Notes under the pieces: generated by a model
Seen by the model: the letters and a program-made list of their open reading frames with translations, nothing else
Told to the model about the DNA's origin: nothing
Databases searched by the model: none
Translations under genes and position numbers: made by a program
Shown here: piece by piece, positions 50,348 to 59,877 of the stretch
Position numbering within the stretch: the stretch's first letter is position 1
Layout: each line of letters begins with the position of its first letter
NCBI GenBank assembly: GCA_009844885.1
Contig: VYAQ01000316.1
Span: forward strand, 21,168-85,167
Length of the DNA: 64,000 bases
Source: Gemmatimonadota bacterium
Lineage (GTDB): Bacteria; Gemmatimonadota; Gemmatimonadetes; Longimicrobiales; Gaopeijiaceae
Direction: 5' to 3'

Positions 50348-50380
50348 TTTGGAACTCCATTCCTTTCAAGTGTCAAAGTC

Positions 50381-50409
50381 GAGTCGAGGAGCGTCCGCGT
50401 CCTCGACTC
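50381..50409 (-). promoter_or_regulatory. 10-bp stem-loop overlapping the stop codon of the thioredoxin-like gene, upstream of the mini-protein genes
   Basis: GAGTCGAGGA (50381..50390) and TCCTCGACTC (50400..50409) are exact reverse complements around a 9-nt loop. The TGA stop at 50410..50408 overlaps the 5' arm on the mRNA. Only a UUU follows the hairpin. Confidence 0.4.
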
Positions 50410-50968
50410 ATCGTACTGCGTCCATCGCAAGGCTCTGGACGAACCCTGCCAGATCGAGCGAATCCCCCGCCGAACGCCAGATCTCGGCCTCGCTTGCCGG
50501 CACCACCGCTTCGATCACCCCGGCCTCGTTCGTGATGTAGAACAGAGTCGGCTCCGCTCGTCCGAACGCTCGGACGTAGTCGGATCGGCTGCGCACGTCG
50601 ATTCTTGCCGAAATCCGCTGAGAACCGAGAAACCCCGCAACCAGATCGCGGTCCGCGTCGCCGTTCTCGCCCACCGCCACTGCGACCACCTCGAACTGCT
50701 CGCCCAACCGATACTGGAGGGCACGCACCGTCCTGGCAGGATCGGTGAGCGTGCACCCCAGGCACTCCCGGGCGTCGAATACCCACACCAGCGCCGGACC
50801 GCGTCCAGGGAACTCAAGACCCGGCATGGCGTCGCCGACGCCGGGGACACGGCCGTCCCGCGGCGAACATCCGGCAGCCATCCAGGCAAGAAGGAGCGTG
50901 GCTGCAGCCCGGTGCAGGGCGAATGCAGTCGAGCAGATGCGGCGGCGGCGTCCGACTGACCACCTCAT
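50408..50968 (-). CDS. Thioredoxin-fold CxxC protein, probable periplasmic lipoprotein (TlpA/redoxin-like)
   Basis: ATG 50968 forms an ATGA overlap with the propeller stop. MRWSVGRRRRICSTAFALHRAAATLLLAWMAAGC-SPRDG (signal plus lipobox-like Cys). Beta-strand ALVWVFDAR followed by ECLGC (CxxC). A later cis-Pro-type segment reads AEPTLFYITNEAGVIEAV. Length 186 aa. Confidence 0.7.
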   Translation of the reverse strand: MRWSVGRRRRICSTAFALHRAAATLLLAWMAAGCSPRDGRVPGVGDAMPGLEFPGRGPALVWVFDARECLGCTLTDPARTVRALQYRLGEQFEVVAVAVGENGDADRDLVAGFLGSQRISARIDVRSRSDYVRAFGRAEPTLFYITNEAGVIEAVVPASEAEIWRSAGDSLDLAGFVQSLAMDAVR

Positions 50969-52116
50969 GGCTCGAGACCACCCTTCCAACGCGCCACAAG
51001 CCACCGATTCGGCAGCACCGACGCGGGATCATCGAAGTAGAAGAGCCCCTGCTCCACGGCCAACAGCTGCGGCATGTTGGGCGCACCCAGCAGTTGCTGC
51101 CCCGTCCGGTCGATGATCAGCAGATCCCATACGGCATCCGTACCTCGCGACTGCATGGACGTCACCACCAGGTTGCCGTCATCAAGAACGGACACCCGTA
51201 CCACCTGGGTGAACCGGTCAAACGGGTCAGCGCCAGCGTCGGCATCGGGGACGGTCTCCCCGGCCCTCGGGAGGGTGCCCATGGGTCTCACCATCGGAAG
51301 AGGGATTTCCTTCAGGCGATCCCCCTGGCGGCTGAACTTGTAGAGGGTGTCCGACAGGGCCCACCCCGCCCAGATCGTATCCGCCTCCAGCGCAGCGAAG
51401 GTACCCTGAAACGTGAGTGCGTAGCCGAGGGATTCCTCCGGCACCCCCATGGGGAGAAAACTGCGCTCGAGGTCCCCCGTGCGGCGGTTCCAGATGTGCA
51501 GAAGCGTCGGTGCCCCCTCGGACTGCAGCATCCCGGTCAGCAGATACCGATCTTCGCCCAGATCCAGGGCTCCCTGCACCGTAGTGATCGGAGACATTAC
51601 GATTTCCGGATCCTCCCCGGAGGCCGGAAAAAAGGTCAGCCGGGCAAGCTGCAGGTCGGCCACCACGATGCCGCCATCCAGTGTTCGGTGGGCCGTAAGG
51701 GGGAGCCGAAACTCTCCCGGCCCCTGCCCTCGGCCACCCACAACGCGCTGCAGACGCCCGTCGCTGCCATAGACGTTGACCTGGCCCTCCATCGGCTCCG
51801 CCAGCAGGAAGGTGCCGTCCCCCCCGAGAGTGACCATCGGCTGTACTGTCATGGCCTGGTCGGTCTCTTCCAGCTCAAGCTCGAGGACCACTTCGAACGC
51901 CTCGTTGAAGGCGGCCATGTCCACCAACTCCGAAGACGCGGCGGGATCGGATGCGGGCGGAGGAGGATCGGTATCGGCCGTGTCGCAGGCCGACGCAACA
52001 AGGACCAGGAGGAGACCGAGGACCTGGCCAGGGATGGTGTAGGGCTCGCCCTTGTGGCGGGCGGCGCAACAGGATCGGGTCTTCTGGCGGTTCCGGCGGT
52101 TCTCCGGCGTGAGCAT
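50965..52116 (-). CDS. Six-bladed beta-propeller (NHL-like) lipoprotein
   Basis: ATG 52116 with GGAGGGAG 8 nt upstream. Signal plus lipobox-like GQVLGLLLVLVASAC-DTAD. Repeated blade-like segments (DGTFLLAEP..GQVNVYGSDGRLQRVVGGRGQGPGEFRLP; DGGIVVADL; DRYLLTG; DGNLVVTS; LLIIDRTGQ). The track ORF start at 52236 is over-extended. Confidence 0.72.
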   Translation of the reverse strand: MLTPENRRNRQKTRSCCAARHKGEPYTIPGQVLGLLLVLVASACDTADTDPPPPASDPAASSELVDMAAFNEAFEVVLELELEETDQAMTVQPMVTLGGDGTFLLAEPMEGQVNVYGSDGRLQRVVGGRGQGPGEFRLPLTAHRTLDGGIVVADLQLARLTFFPASGEDPEIVMSPITTVQGALDLGEDRYLLTGMLQSEGAPTLLHIWNRRTGDLERSFLPMGVPEESLGYALTFQGTFAALEADTIWAGWALSDTLYKFSRQGDRLKEIPLPMVRPMGTLPRAGETVPDADAGADPFDRFTQVVRVSVLDDGNLVVTSMQSRGTDAVWDLLIIDRTGQQLLGAPNMPQLLAVEQGLFYFDDPASVLPNRWLVARWKGGLEP

Positions 52117-52304
52117 TGTTGCCGCTCCCTCCGTTCGAGGTATGGGGTGTCGGGTCGCAACCGTCCGCACCCCTCGTGGCCTGCGGGAGAGTCCCTCAGG
52201 GGTGGGCGGGTGCGTTTCGGCGTGACCCAAGATCACCCGGCCTGTGGGTCAAGGGGATAGCTGGATGGGACAATCGACCGCAAAGCCCGTTACAGAGGTC
52301 CCGA

Positions 52305-52324
52305 AAGGGGCCCAGGCGCCCCTT
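52305..52324 (-). terminator. Possible terminator after the phosphomannomutase gene
   Basis: The minus strand reads AAGGGGC-GCCTGG-GCCCCTT followed by TCGGG. A 7-bp stem and 6-nt loop begin 4 nt after the TGA at 52331..52329. This would separate the nuo/pmm transcript from the propeller operon. Confidence 0.4.
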
Positions 52325-52328
52325 CACC

Positions 52329-53699
52329 TCAGATGTGCACCCCCTCCTGGCGGAGCCAGTCCTCCATCGTCGCCCGGATCTGCCGCAGACGCTTCGCGCT
52401 CGATGCCTCGAATCGCGCCACGATCACGGGTTGCGTGTTCGAAGCACGGATCAGACCCCATCCGTCACCGAACTGTACGCGCACACCGTCGACGGCAACC
52501 ACGTCGTAGCGGTTGCTGAAATACCGCACGGCACGCTCCACCAGCGGGAACTTGACGTCCTCGGGGACCTCCAAGCGTAGTTCCGGGGTCGCAACATAGG
52601 CGGGCAGCGCGCCGACGATCCGCGATAGTGGCCGGTCGGCGTCGGCGATCAGGGCCGCGAGTCGGCCCGCGGCATACATGGCATCGTCGAAGCCGTAGTA
52701 GTCGTCCGCAAAGCAGACGTGCCCGGAGAGTTCTCCGGCGATCAGCGCACCGGTCTCTCTCATTTTCTCCTTGATGAGCGAGTGACCGGTCTTCCACATC
52801 AGCGGCTCGCCCCCGGCCCGCGCGAACTCCTCGGGAAGGACCTGTGAACACTTCACGTCGAAGACCAGGCGTTGCCCGGTCCCTCTGCGTTGCAGGATAT
52901 CCAGGCCGAAGAGCAGGAGGAGGATGTCGCCCCGAACGACGCGCCCCCGGTCGTCCACCACGCCGATGCGGTCCGCGTCGCCGTCGAAGCCGATGCCCGC
53001 ATCGGCCTCGTGCCTTCGCACCTCGGCGATCAGGTCCTGAACATGCTCGTCGACTGTCGGGTCCGGATGGTGGTTGGGAAAGGTCCCGTCCGACTCGCAG
53101 TACAGAGGAATCACTTCCAGACCGATGGCTTCCAGCAACTGTGGCGCGACGACCGAACCCGTGCCGTTGCCGCAGTCGACGACGACCTTCAGCGGACGTG
53201 ACAACCGGAAGCGGGCGGACACGTCGGCCACGTAGGCAGGGAGTGGATCGACATCCTCGACGGACCCTGTCCCGACGGCCAGATCGCGCTCCAGAATGCG
53301 ACGCCGCAGGCGCTGGATGCCGTCGCCGTGCGTGGACGCCTTGCCCATGGTCATCTTGATGCCGTTGTACTCCGGCGGATTGTGAGAGCCGGTGATCTGT
53401 ATGGCTCCGTCCGTCCCGAACCGGTATTCGCTGAAATAGGTGACGGGGGTCGGGACCGTGCCCAGCTGAAGGACGCTGCATCCGGCTGATCTCAGGCCCC
53501 GCACCAGGCTGGCCGCCAAGCCCGGGGACGAGGGTCGGTTGTCTTCCCCCACGGCAACGCGCGGCGCCTCACCGGGCAGCCGCGAGCGCAGTTCGGAACC
53601 GTAAGCCCTGCCGACAGCGTCCGCGACCGCAGAAGTCAGATCCTCGCCCACGACGCCCCGGATGTCGTACTGCCGGAAGATGTGCTCGGACAGCTGCAT
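52329..53699 (-). CDS. Phosphomannomutase/phosphoglucomutase
   Basis: FRQYDIRGVVGEDL...IQITGSHNPPEYNGIKM (phospho-Ser loop)...GFDGDADRIGVVD (Mg site)...GELSGH. Confidence 0.9.
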   Translation of the reverse strand: MQLSEHIFRQYDIRGVVGEDLTSAVADAVGRAYGSELRSRLPGEAPRVAVGEDNRPSSPGLAASLVRGLRSAGCSVLQLGTVPTPVTYFSEYRFGTDGAIQITGSHNPPEYNGIKMTMGKASTHGDGIQRLRRRILERDLAVGTGSVEDVDPLPAYVADVSARFRLSRPLKVVVDCGNGTGSVVAPQLLEAIGLEVIPLYCESDGTFPNHHPDPTVDEHVQDLIAEVRRHEADAGIGFDGDADRIGVVDDRGRVVRGDILLLLFGLDILQRRGTGQRLVFDVKCSQVLPEEFARAGGEPLMWKTGHSLIKEKMRETGALIAGELSGHVCFADDYYGFDDAMYAAGRLAALIADADRPLSRIVGALPAYVATPELRLEVPEDVKFPLVERAVRYFSNRYDVVAVDGVRVQFGDGWGLIRASNTQPVIVARFEASSAKRLRQIRATMEDWLRQEGVHI

Positions 53700-53725
53700 C
53701 GCGGCCCGGTATCCGCGGACGAGAC

Positions 53726-55237
53726 TCAGGGGCCCGCGGCGGCCGCGGCCCCACCCACGGCCTCACGAAGACCATCGACCGAAGCCGCCGCCAGATCCAG
53801 GGCGACATCGGGAAACACTCCGCCCAGAATCACCAGCGCTACCCCGATGACCAGGACGATGTGCGTCGACAGGGGCGTTACGGCCGCTACGTGCGGCCCG
53901 TCCGCTGCCTCAGGCTCTTTCATCCACATGTACCAGGCCACGCGCAGGTAGTACCAGTAGGAGACGACCGTCGTAAGGACCAAAATGACCGCCAGCACCC
54001 ACAGCCTTGCCTCGGCGGCTCCCAGCAGAAGGTAGTACTTGGCGATGAAACCCGCGGTCCCGGGGAAGCCGGCCAGGGACAGCAGAAAAACGGTCATCAG
54101 AAGACCCAGCAGCGGACGCCGCCACCCGAAACCGGTGTAGTCCTCGATCATGGAGTTGCGTTCGCTCTGGTTGCCGACGGTGACGACGATCGCGAAGGCA
54201 CCGATGGTCATGACCGTGTAGACCAGGAGGTAGAAGAGGAGTCCCGCCGCCGCCACGTCGTTCGCGGCGACCAGCGCCACCAGCAGATACCCGCCGTGGG
54301 CGATCGACGAATAGGCCAGCATGCGCTTGACGTTGGACTGCACCACGGCGATCACGTTACCCACGACCATCGTGACCGCGGCGATCCACCAGAGGATGGT
54401 CCACCACTGGTCGTACAGGCCGTCCAGGCCGACCAGGAAAACCCGGAGGAACGCCACGAACGCGGCCGCCTTGACGGATGCGGCCATGAACGCGGTGACC
54501 GGCGTCGGCGCGCCTTCGTAGACATCCGGCGTCCACATGTGGAACGGCACCGCGGACACCTTGAAGGCGAAACCGATTGCCAGCAGCGCCACTCCCGGAC
54601 CCATCAGAGCGCCCACGGCGGTTCCGCCTCGCACGGCATCGGCCACCACTGCGATATTGGCGCTCCCCGTCGCCCCGTAAATGAGCGCAATCCCGAACAG
54701 CAGGAAGCCGCTGGCGAATGCGCCGAGGAGGAAATACTTGAGGCCGGCCTCGGCCGACCGCCGGTCGCGCCGATTGAAGCCGGCCAGGGCATAGACGCCG
54801 ATGGACATGAGTTCCAGCCCCAGGAAGATCACCATCAGGTCCCGGGCCGAAGCCATGAACATCATGCCCACGGCGGCAAACAGGATCAGGGAGTAGTACT
54901 CCCCCGCCTGAAGCTTCTGGCGCGCGACGTACGGCAGGGAGACGATGATGGCGAACCCGGCCCCGAGCAGGAAGATCCAGTTCGCGAAGAGACGGAAGCG
55001 ATCGAGGGCGATCATTGCCGTGGCGGCCTCCTCGGCAACCCCGAAATACAGCCATCCGTTGGCCAGTGCCGCGAAGGCCAGCCCGGCGATCGTGAGCCAG
55101 CCGAGTTCCTGGCCCGCCCCCCCCTGGTGCTTCCTGGAAACCCCCGCAATCAGGATCCCCATGCCCCAGACGGAGAGCACCACCTCCGGCAGAAGCGCGA
55201 GCACGTAGTGGGCACTGGACGTGTAGTCGAGCAGCAC
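53726..55237 (-). CDS. nuoN: NADH-quinone oxidoreductase subunit N
   Basis: 14-TM antiporter-like protein at the last position of the nuo operon. MFMASARDLMVIFLGLELMSIGVYAL... GTG start. Confidence 0.9.
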   Translation of the reverse strand: MLLDYTSSAHYVLALLPEVVLSVWGMGILIAGVSRKHQGGAGQELGWLTIAGLAFAALANGWLYFGVAEEAATAMIALDRFRLFANWIFLLGAGFAIIVSLPYVARQKLQAGEYYSLILFAAVGMMFMASARDLMVIFLGLELMSIGVYALAGFNRRDRRSAEAGLKYFLLGAFASGFLLFGIALIYGATGSANIAVVADAVRGGTAVGALMGPGVALLAIGFAFKVSAVPFHMWTPDVYEGAPTPVTAFMAASVKAAAFVAFLRVFLVGLDGLYDQWWTILWWIAAVTMVVGNVIAVVQSNVKRMLAYSSIAHGGYLLVALVAANDVAAAGLLFYLLVYTVMTIGAFAIVVTVGNQSERNSMIEDYTGFGWRRPLLGLLMTVFLLSLAGFPGTAGFIAKYYLLLGAAEARLWVLAVILVLTTVVSYWYYLRVAWYMWMKEPEAADGPHVAAVTPLSTHIVLVIGVALVILGGVFPDVALDLAAASVDGLREAVGGAAAAAGP

Positions 55238-55240
55238 GGG

Positions 55241-56854
55241 TCAGTCCTCCCGCGCCGTAGTGGCCGGAACGCGTCCCTGTGGGCCCGGACCGGCGTCTCC
55301 CGCATACCCCGGCGGCCCGTCATCCGGTGACCCCGCCGAAGCCGAGTCCAGCGCGGCACCCGCCCCCTCGACCCTCTCCAGCACCCGTTGCACGCTCGGC
55401 TCCATCCGCTCGAGGATGGGCGTGGGATGGACGCCGATCCCGATCATGAGCGCCACCATGGGCGCCAGGATCACGATCTCCCTCCGGGACAGGTCCGGGA
55501 ACTTCCGGTTCTCCGGCTTGTCCAGCTTGTTGAAGAGGACGCGCTGAACCATCGGCAACATGTAGTACGCCGCGAATACAACGCCCGTGGCCGCCAGGAT
55601 CGCCGCCAGCGCATGAGTCTCGAAGGTGCCCAGCAGGGCCAGGAACTCACCTACGAATCCGCTGGTCCCCGGCAACCCGATCGAGGCCAGCGCGGTGATC
55701 ACGAAGGCCGTCGCGAAGAGCGGGGCCGCCCGGCCCAATCCCCCGAAGTCCTCGATGAGCCGCGTGTGGCGCCGCTCGTACATCATTCCGAGGAGCAGGA
55801 ACAGGGCGGCCGTCGAGATGCCGTGGCTGATCATGACCACCATGCCGCCCTGAAGGCCGTTGAGCGTCAGGGCGAAGATCCCGATCACCACGAACCCCAT
55901 GTGCGCCACCGACGTGTAGGCAACCAGCTTCTTGGCGTCCGGCTGAACCGCCGCCACCCACGCCGCATAGATGATGCCGACCACTCCGAGCACCAGCATG
56001 ACCGCCACGACCGTCGGGTGTTGCGCGGCGCCCGGGAAGAACGGCAGGAGGAATCTCATGAAACCATAGGTGCCCATCTTCAGCAATACCGCCGCCAGTA
56101 CGACCGAACCCGGCGTCGGAGCTTCGACGTGGGCGTCGGGCAGCCAGGTGTGCAGGGGGAACACGGGTACCTTTATGCCGAAGGCGAGCGCAAAGGCCGC
56201 GAACAGCCAAAGTTGCTCGCGCAGGCTGAGATCCGCGTTCAGGAACGCTTCGTACCCGAACGATCCGGCGCCGCCCCCGAAGTACATGTAGAGGATCGCG
56301 ACCAGCATGAGGAGCGAGCCGACCGCGGTGTAGAGGAAGAACTTCACCGCGGCGTAGATGCGTCGCTCCCCGCCCCAGATGCCCACGATGAAGTACATGG
56401 GCACCAGCGTGAGTTCGAAGAAGACGTAGAAGAGGAAGATGTCCGTGGCGAGAAACACCCCCAGCACGCCCGTCTCCAGGAGCAGCATGAGTGCGTAGAA
56501 CGCCTTGCGGCGAGTCTTCACGTACTCGAACGATCCAAGAATGGCGATCGCGCTGGTGAAGGTCGTCAACATCACCATGAAGACTGAGATGCCGTCGACA
56601 CCGAGCGCGTAGCTCACGCCCCACGACTCGATCCACGGCGTGGAGGATTCGAGCATGAACCCGCCGCCGCCCGGCTCGTAGCCCCACCAGAGACCCAGGC
56701 TGAGTACGAAAACGATGGATGACCAGGCGAAGGCGAGGTTCTTCGCCCTTTCAGGCGACGAGACGACCACGTGCGCCATGCCGACCAGCGGCAGCCATAT
56801 CAGCGCGTGGAGGATCCAGTCCTCGTACCGGAGCGATGCAAGCAGATCCGTCAT
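55241..56854 (-). CDS. nuoM: NADH-quinone oxidoreductase subunit M
   Basis: GVDGISVFMVMLTTF...FFELTLVPMYFIVGIWGGERRIYAAVKFFLYT...HTWLPDAHVEAPT. Carries a ~45-aa non-membrane C-terminal tail. Confidence 0.92.
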   Translation of the reverse strand: MTDLLASLRYEDWILHALIWLPLVGMAHVVVSSPERAKNLAFAWSSIVFVLSLGLWWGYEPGGGGFMLESSTPWIESWGVSYALGVDGISVFMVMLTTFTSAIAILGSFEYVKTRRKAFYALMLLLETGVLGVFLATDIFLFYVFFELTLVPMYFIVGIWGGERRIYAAVKFFLYTAVGSLLMLVAILYMYFGGGAGSFGYEAFLNADLSLREQLWLFAAFALAFGIKVPVFPLHTWLPDAHVEAPTPGSVVLAAVLLKMGTYGFMRFLLPFFPGAAQHPTVVAVMLVLGVVGIIYAAWVAAVQPDAKKLVAYTSVAHMGFVVIGIFALTLNGLQGGMVVMISHGISTAALFLLLGMMYERRHTRLIEDFGGLGRAAPLFATAFVITALASIGLPGTSGFVGEFLALLGTFETHALAAILAATGVVFAAYYMLPMVQRVLFNKLDKPENRKFPDLSRREIVILAPMVALMIGIGVHPTPILERMEPSVQRVLERVEGAGAALDSASAGSPDDGPPGYAGDAGPGPQGRVPATTARED

Positions 56855-56859
56855 TGGCG

Positions 56860-59049
56860 TTACCGCAGGAAGACCGTGGTGCCCAGGACCAGGAGAACGC
56901 CGACGGTCAGCACGAATGCGTACATGTTCACCTGGCCTGTCTGGAAGAGGCTCATGATCCAGCCGGCAAGACGCGCGAACTGCGCGGTGGTGTTGACGAA
57001 TCCGTCGATGATCACGTCATCGATGAACCTCCAGCACCACCTGGAAAGCCTGAGCAGTGGCCGAACGATCACGGCGTCGTAGGCCTCGTCGAAGTACCAC
57101 TTGTCGTGGAGGACCCGCCCAAGACCCGCGCGGGGGCCGGAATCGGCGGCCGCGGCGACGTATTTGCGCGTGCCCAGCAGACGGGCGCTCACCGCGACCG
57201 TGAGCGCGGCAGCCACAGTGGACGCAAGCGCCCACGAGACCTCGCCACCGCCGAGCGGCGCACTGTAGGCGGCCTCTCCGAAGCCCGCGACCTGGATCTC
57301 GGCCGCCGCGTGCGTGACCGGTTCCAGCCAGTGATGGAGCCATTCGCTCATGGGCAGCACGCCGAACAACCCCGCGAAGGACGCCTGCAGGGCCTCGGGG
57401 ACGTTGATCCAGCCGCCGAACACCGAAAGCGCGGCGAGCGCGATCAGCGGCAGGGTCATCACGCGCGGGGCTTCGTGAAGGTGAGCCGCCCCCGCCGCGC
57501 CGGTGCGATTGGCCCCGTGGAAGGTCATGATCATCAGGCGGGTCATGTAGAATGCGGTCATCAGCGCGGTGACCAGCGCGACGCCCCAGTACACCGCGTA
57601 GAGAGAGCCGAACGGGTTCGACTCGGCGCCGGCCCAGGCCGCCGTGTACCAGATGATCTCGTCCTTGGAGAAGAACCCGGCGAAGGGCCAGATCCCGGCG
57701 ATGGCCAGGGTGGCGATCCACATGAGTGCGCAGGTGAGGGGCATGTATTTCCGCAGCCCCCCCATGTTGCGCATGTCCTGTTCGTCGAGGTGCCCCTCCG
57801 CGTGATGCGCCGCGTGGTGCATGGAGTGGATGACCGCGCCGGCTCCGAGGAAGAGCAGCGCCTTGAAGAATGCGTGCGTGACGAGGTGGAAGATCGCCGC
57901 GGTGAAGGCGCCGATCCCGGCGGCGAGGAACATGAACCCGAGCTGGGACACGGTCGAGTAGGCCAGCACCTTCTTGATGTCGTACTGCTGCAGGGCGATG
58001 GTCGCCGCGATCAGTGCGGTGAGCACGCCGATACCCGCGACGACCGCCTGGCTGACCGGAGCGAGTGCGTAGAGAACCGAGGAACGCGCGACCATGTACA
58101 CGCCCGCAGTGACCATGGTGGCCGCGTGGATCAGCGCGGACACCGGCGTGGGACCGGCCATGGCGTCGGGCAGCCAGACGTGCAGGGGCACCTGCGCACT
58201 CTTCCCGGCGGCCCCCAGCATGAGCAGCAGGGTGATGGCGGTAACCGTGGCGCCGCCCGCGGCCAGTTGGCCCTCGGCTCCGGCGAAGACCTCGCCGAAG
58301 TCGAAGGTTCCGAAGGCCTGGTAGATCAGGAACATGGCCAACAGGAAGCCGACGTCACCGATTCGGTTCACGATGAACGCCTTCTTGCCCGCGTCGGACT
58401 TCTCGCGGTCGCTGAACCAGTACCCGATCAGGAGATAGCTGCAGAGGCCGACACCCTCCCACCCCACGAACATGGTGGCGTACCCCGAACCCATGACCAG
58501 CACCAGCATGAAGAAGACGAAGAGGTTGAGGTAGGAGAAGTACCGCGGATACCCGACGTCTTTCTTCATGTAGCCGACACTGAAGACGTGGATCAGGAAG
58601 CCGACCCCTGTGACCACGAGCATCATGACGGCAGAGAGCTGGTCCAGCTGGAGGGCGGCCTCGATCCGCAGGTCGCCGGTCGCGATCCAGCTCCAGTAGG
58701 AGCGGACGACGGGCTCCTGAAGATCATCGGGCATGCCGATGAAGTTCACCAGCGCCAGGGCGAACGCGAACAGCATTACGCCCGGGCCCACCAGGGTCGG
58801 CAGCCGGTGCGTCACCGGGGTCGCCGCGCCCGCGAAGGGATCCCACTCGTTTCCGCTGCGGACGGCCGCGGAGGACGCGGCCGCCGCCCGCAGCGCAAGG
58901 AATCCGTTGATCAAAAAGCCCAGGAGCGGGAGCAGCACAATCAGGCCGGGCAGCACCGGCTCCCAGGACGCGGCTTCCTGCGCCGTCAGAGGCGACATCG
59001 GCAGCGCGAGGGCCGTCACGGTCGATTCGACGGTCGCCATGGTCACCAC
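56860..59049 (-). CDS. nuoL: NADH-quinone oxidoreductase subunit L
   Basis: [16 protein letters not shown]...[29 protein letters not shown], with a long C-terminal amphipathic arm region. The track start is GTG 59049 (overlapping nuoK); ATG 59040 is an alternative. Confidence 0.92.
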   Translation of the reverse strand: MVTMATVESTVTALALPMSPLTAQEAASWEPVLPGLIVLLPLLGFLINGFLALRAAAASSAAVRSGNEWDPFAGAATPVTHRLPTLVGPGVMLFAFALALVNFIGMPDDLQEPVVRSYWSWIATGDLRIEAALQLDQLSAVMMLVVTGVGFLIHVFSVGYMKKDVGYPRYFSYLNLFVFFMLVLVMGSGYATMFVGWEGVGLCSYLLIGYWFSDREKSDAGKKAFIVNRIGDVGFLLAMFLIYQAFGTFDFGEVFAGAEGQLAAGGATVTAITLLLMLGAAGKSAQVPLHVWLPDAMAGPTPVSALIHAATMVTAGVYMVARSSVLYALAPVSQAVVAGIGVLTALIAATIALQQYDIKKVLAYSTVSQLGFMFLAAGIGAFTAAIFHLVTHAFFKALLFLGAGAVIHSMHHAAHHAEGHLDEQDMRNMGGLRKYMPLTCALMWIATLAIAGIWPFAGFFSKDEIIWYTAAWAGAESNPFGSLYAVYWGVALVTALMTAFYMTRLMIMTFHGANRTGAAGAAHLHEAPRVMTLPLIALAALSVFGGWINVPEALQASFAGLFGVLPMSEWLHHWLEPVTHAAAEIQVAGFGEAAYSAPLGGGEVSWALASTVAAALTVAVSARLLGTRKYVAAAADSGPRAGLGRVLHDKWYFDEAYDAVIVRPLLRLSRWCWRFIDDVIIDGFVNTTAQFARLAGWIMSLFQTGQVNMYAFVLTVGVLLVLGTTVFLR

Positions 59050-59336
59050 TTCAGCACGTTGAACTTGTCCACGTTGACGGTCTCATAGTGCCTGAAGATC
59101 GATATGATGATCGCCAGTCCGACGGCCGCCTCGGCCGCCGCAACCGTCATGACGAAGAACACGTAGAGCTGGCCCTCGATCCCCGTGTAGCGGGACAGGG
59201 CCACGAAGGCCAGGTTGACGGCGTTGAGCTGCAGCTCGATGCACAGGAAGATGATGATGGCGTTCCGGCGCACGATGACGCCCAGGGTGCCGATCACGAA
59301 GAGTGCCGCGCTGAGTAGCAGAGCCGGTGTCAGCAT
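59043..59336 (-). CDS. nuoK: NADH-quinone oxidoreductase subunit K
   Basis: 97-aa three-TM protein ...[22 protein letters not shown]...[15 protein letters not shown]. Confidence 0.93.
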   Translation of the reverse strand: MLTPALLLSAALFVIGTLGVIVRRNAIIIFLCIELQLNAVNLAFVALSRYTGIEGQLYVFFVMTVAAAEAAVGLAIIISIFRHYETVNVDKFNVLKW

Positions 59337-59337
59337 C

Positions 59338-59873
<536 letters not shown>

Positions 59874-59877
<4 letters not shown>

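Noticed and set aside
50371-50376. Consensus TTGACA (minus strand) just downstream of the 50381-50409 hairpin, considered as a -35 box for a peptide-specific promoter
   Set aside because: With 17-nt spacing the -10 would be TCCAAA, placing the TSS at or after the ATG at 50347. That removes the SD which is otherwise well placed. The sigma factor of this lineage may also not use TTGACA. Kept only as a caveat.
49458-50959. Plus-strand ORFs 49458-49985 (175 aa), 49891-50292 (133 aa) and 50075-50959 (294 aa), considered as alternative coding for the novel locus
   Set aside because: They have no SD and a Pro/Arg/Ser-rich composition, with no signal peptides or paralogy. The minus-strand ORFs have correctly spaced SDs, signal peptides, an ATGA coupling and a shared Cys motif.
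49545-52116. Classifying the Cys-rich peptide locus as a known RiPP class (ranthipeptide/sactipeptide, lanthipeptide, thiopeptide, lasso)
   Set aside because: No radical-SAM, LanB/C/M, YcaO, lasso cyclase or protease, or C39 transporter gene lies within or beside the locus. The hydrophobic N-termini look like Sec/Tat signals rather than RiPP leaders.
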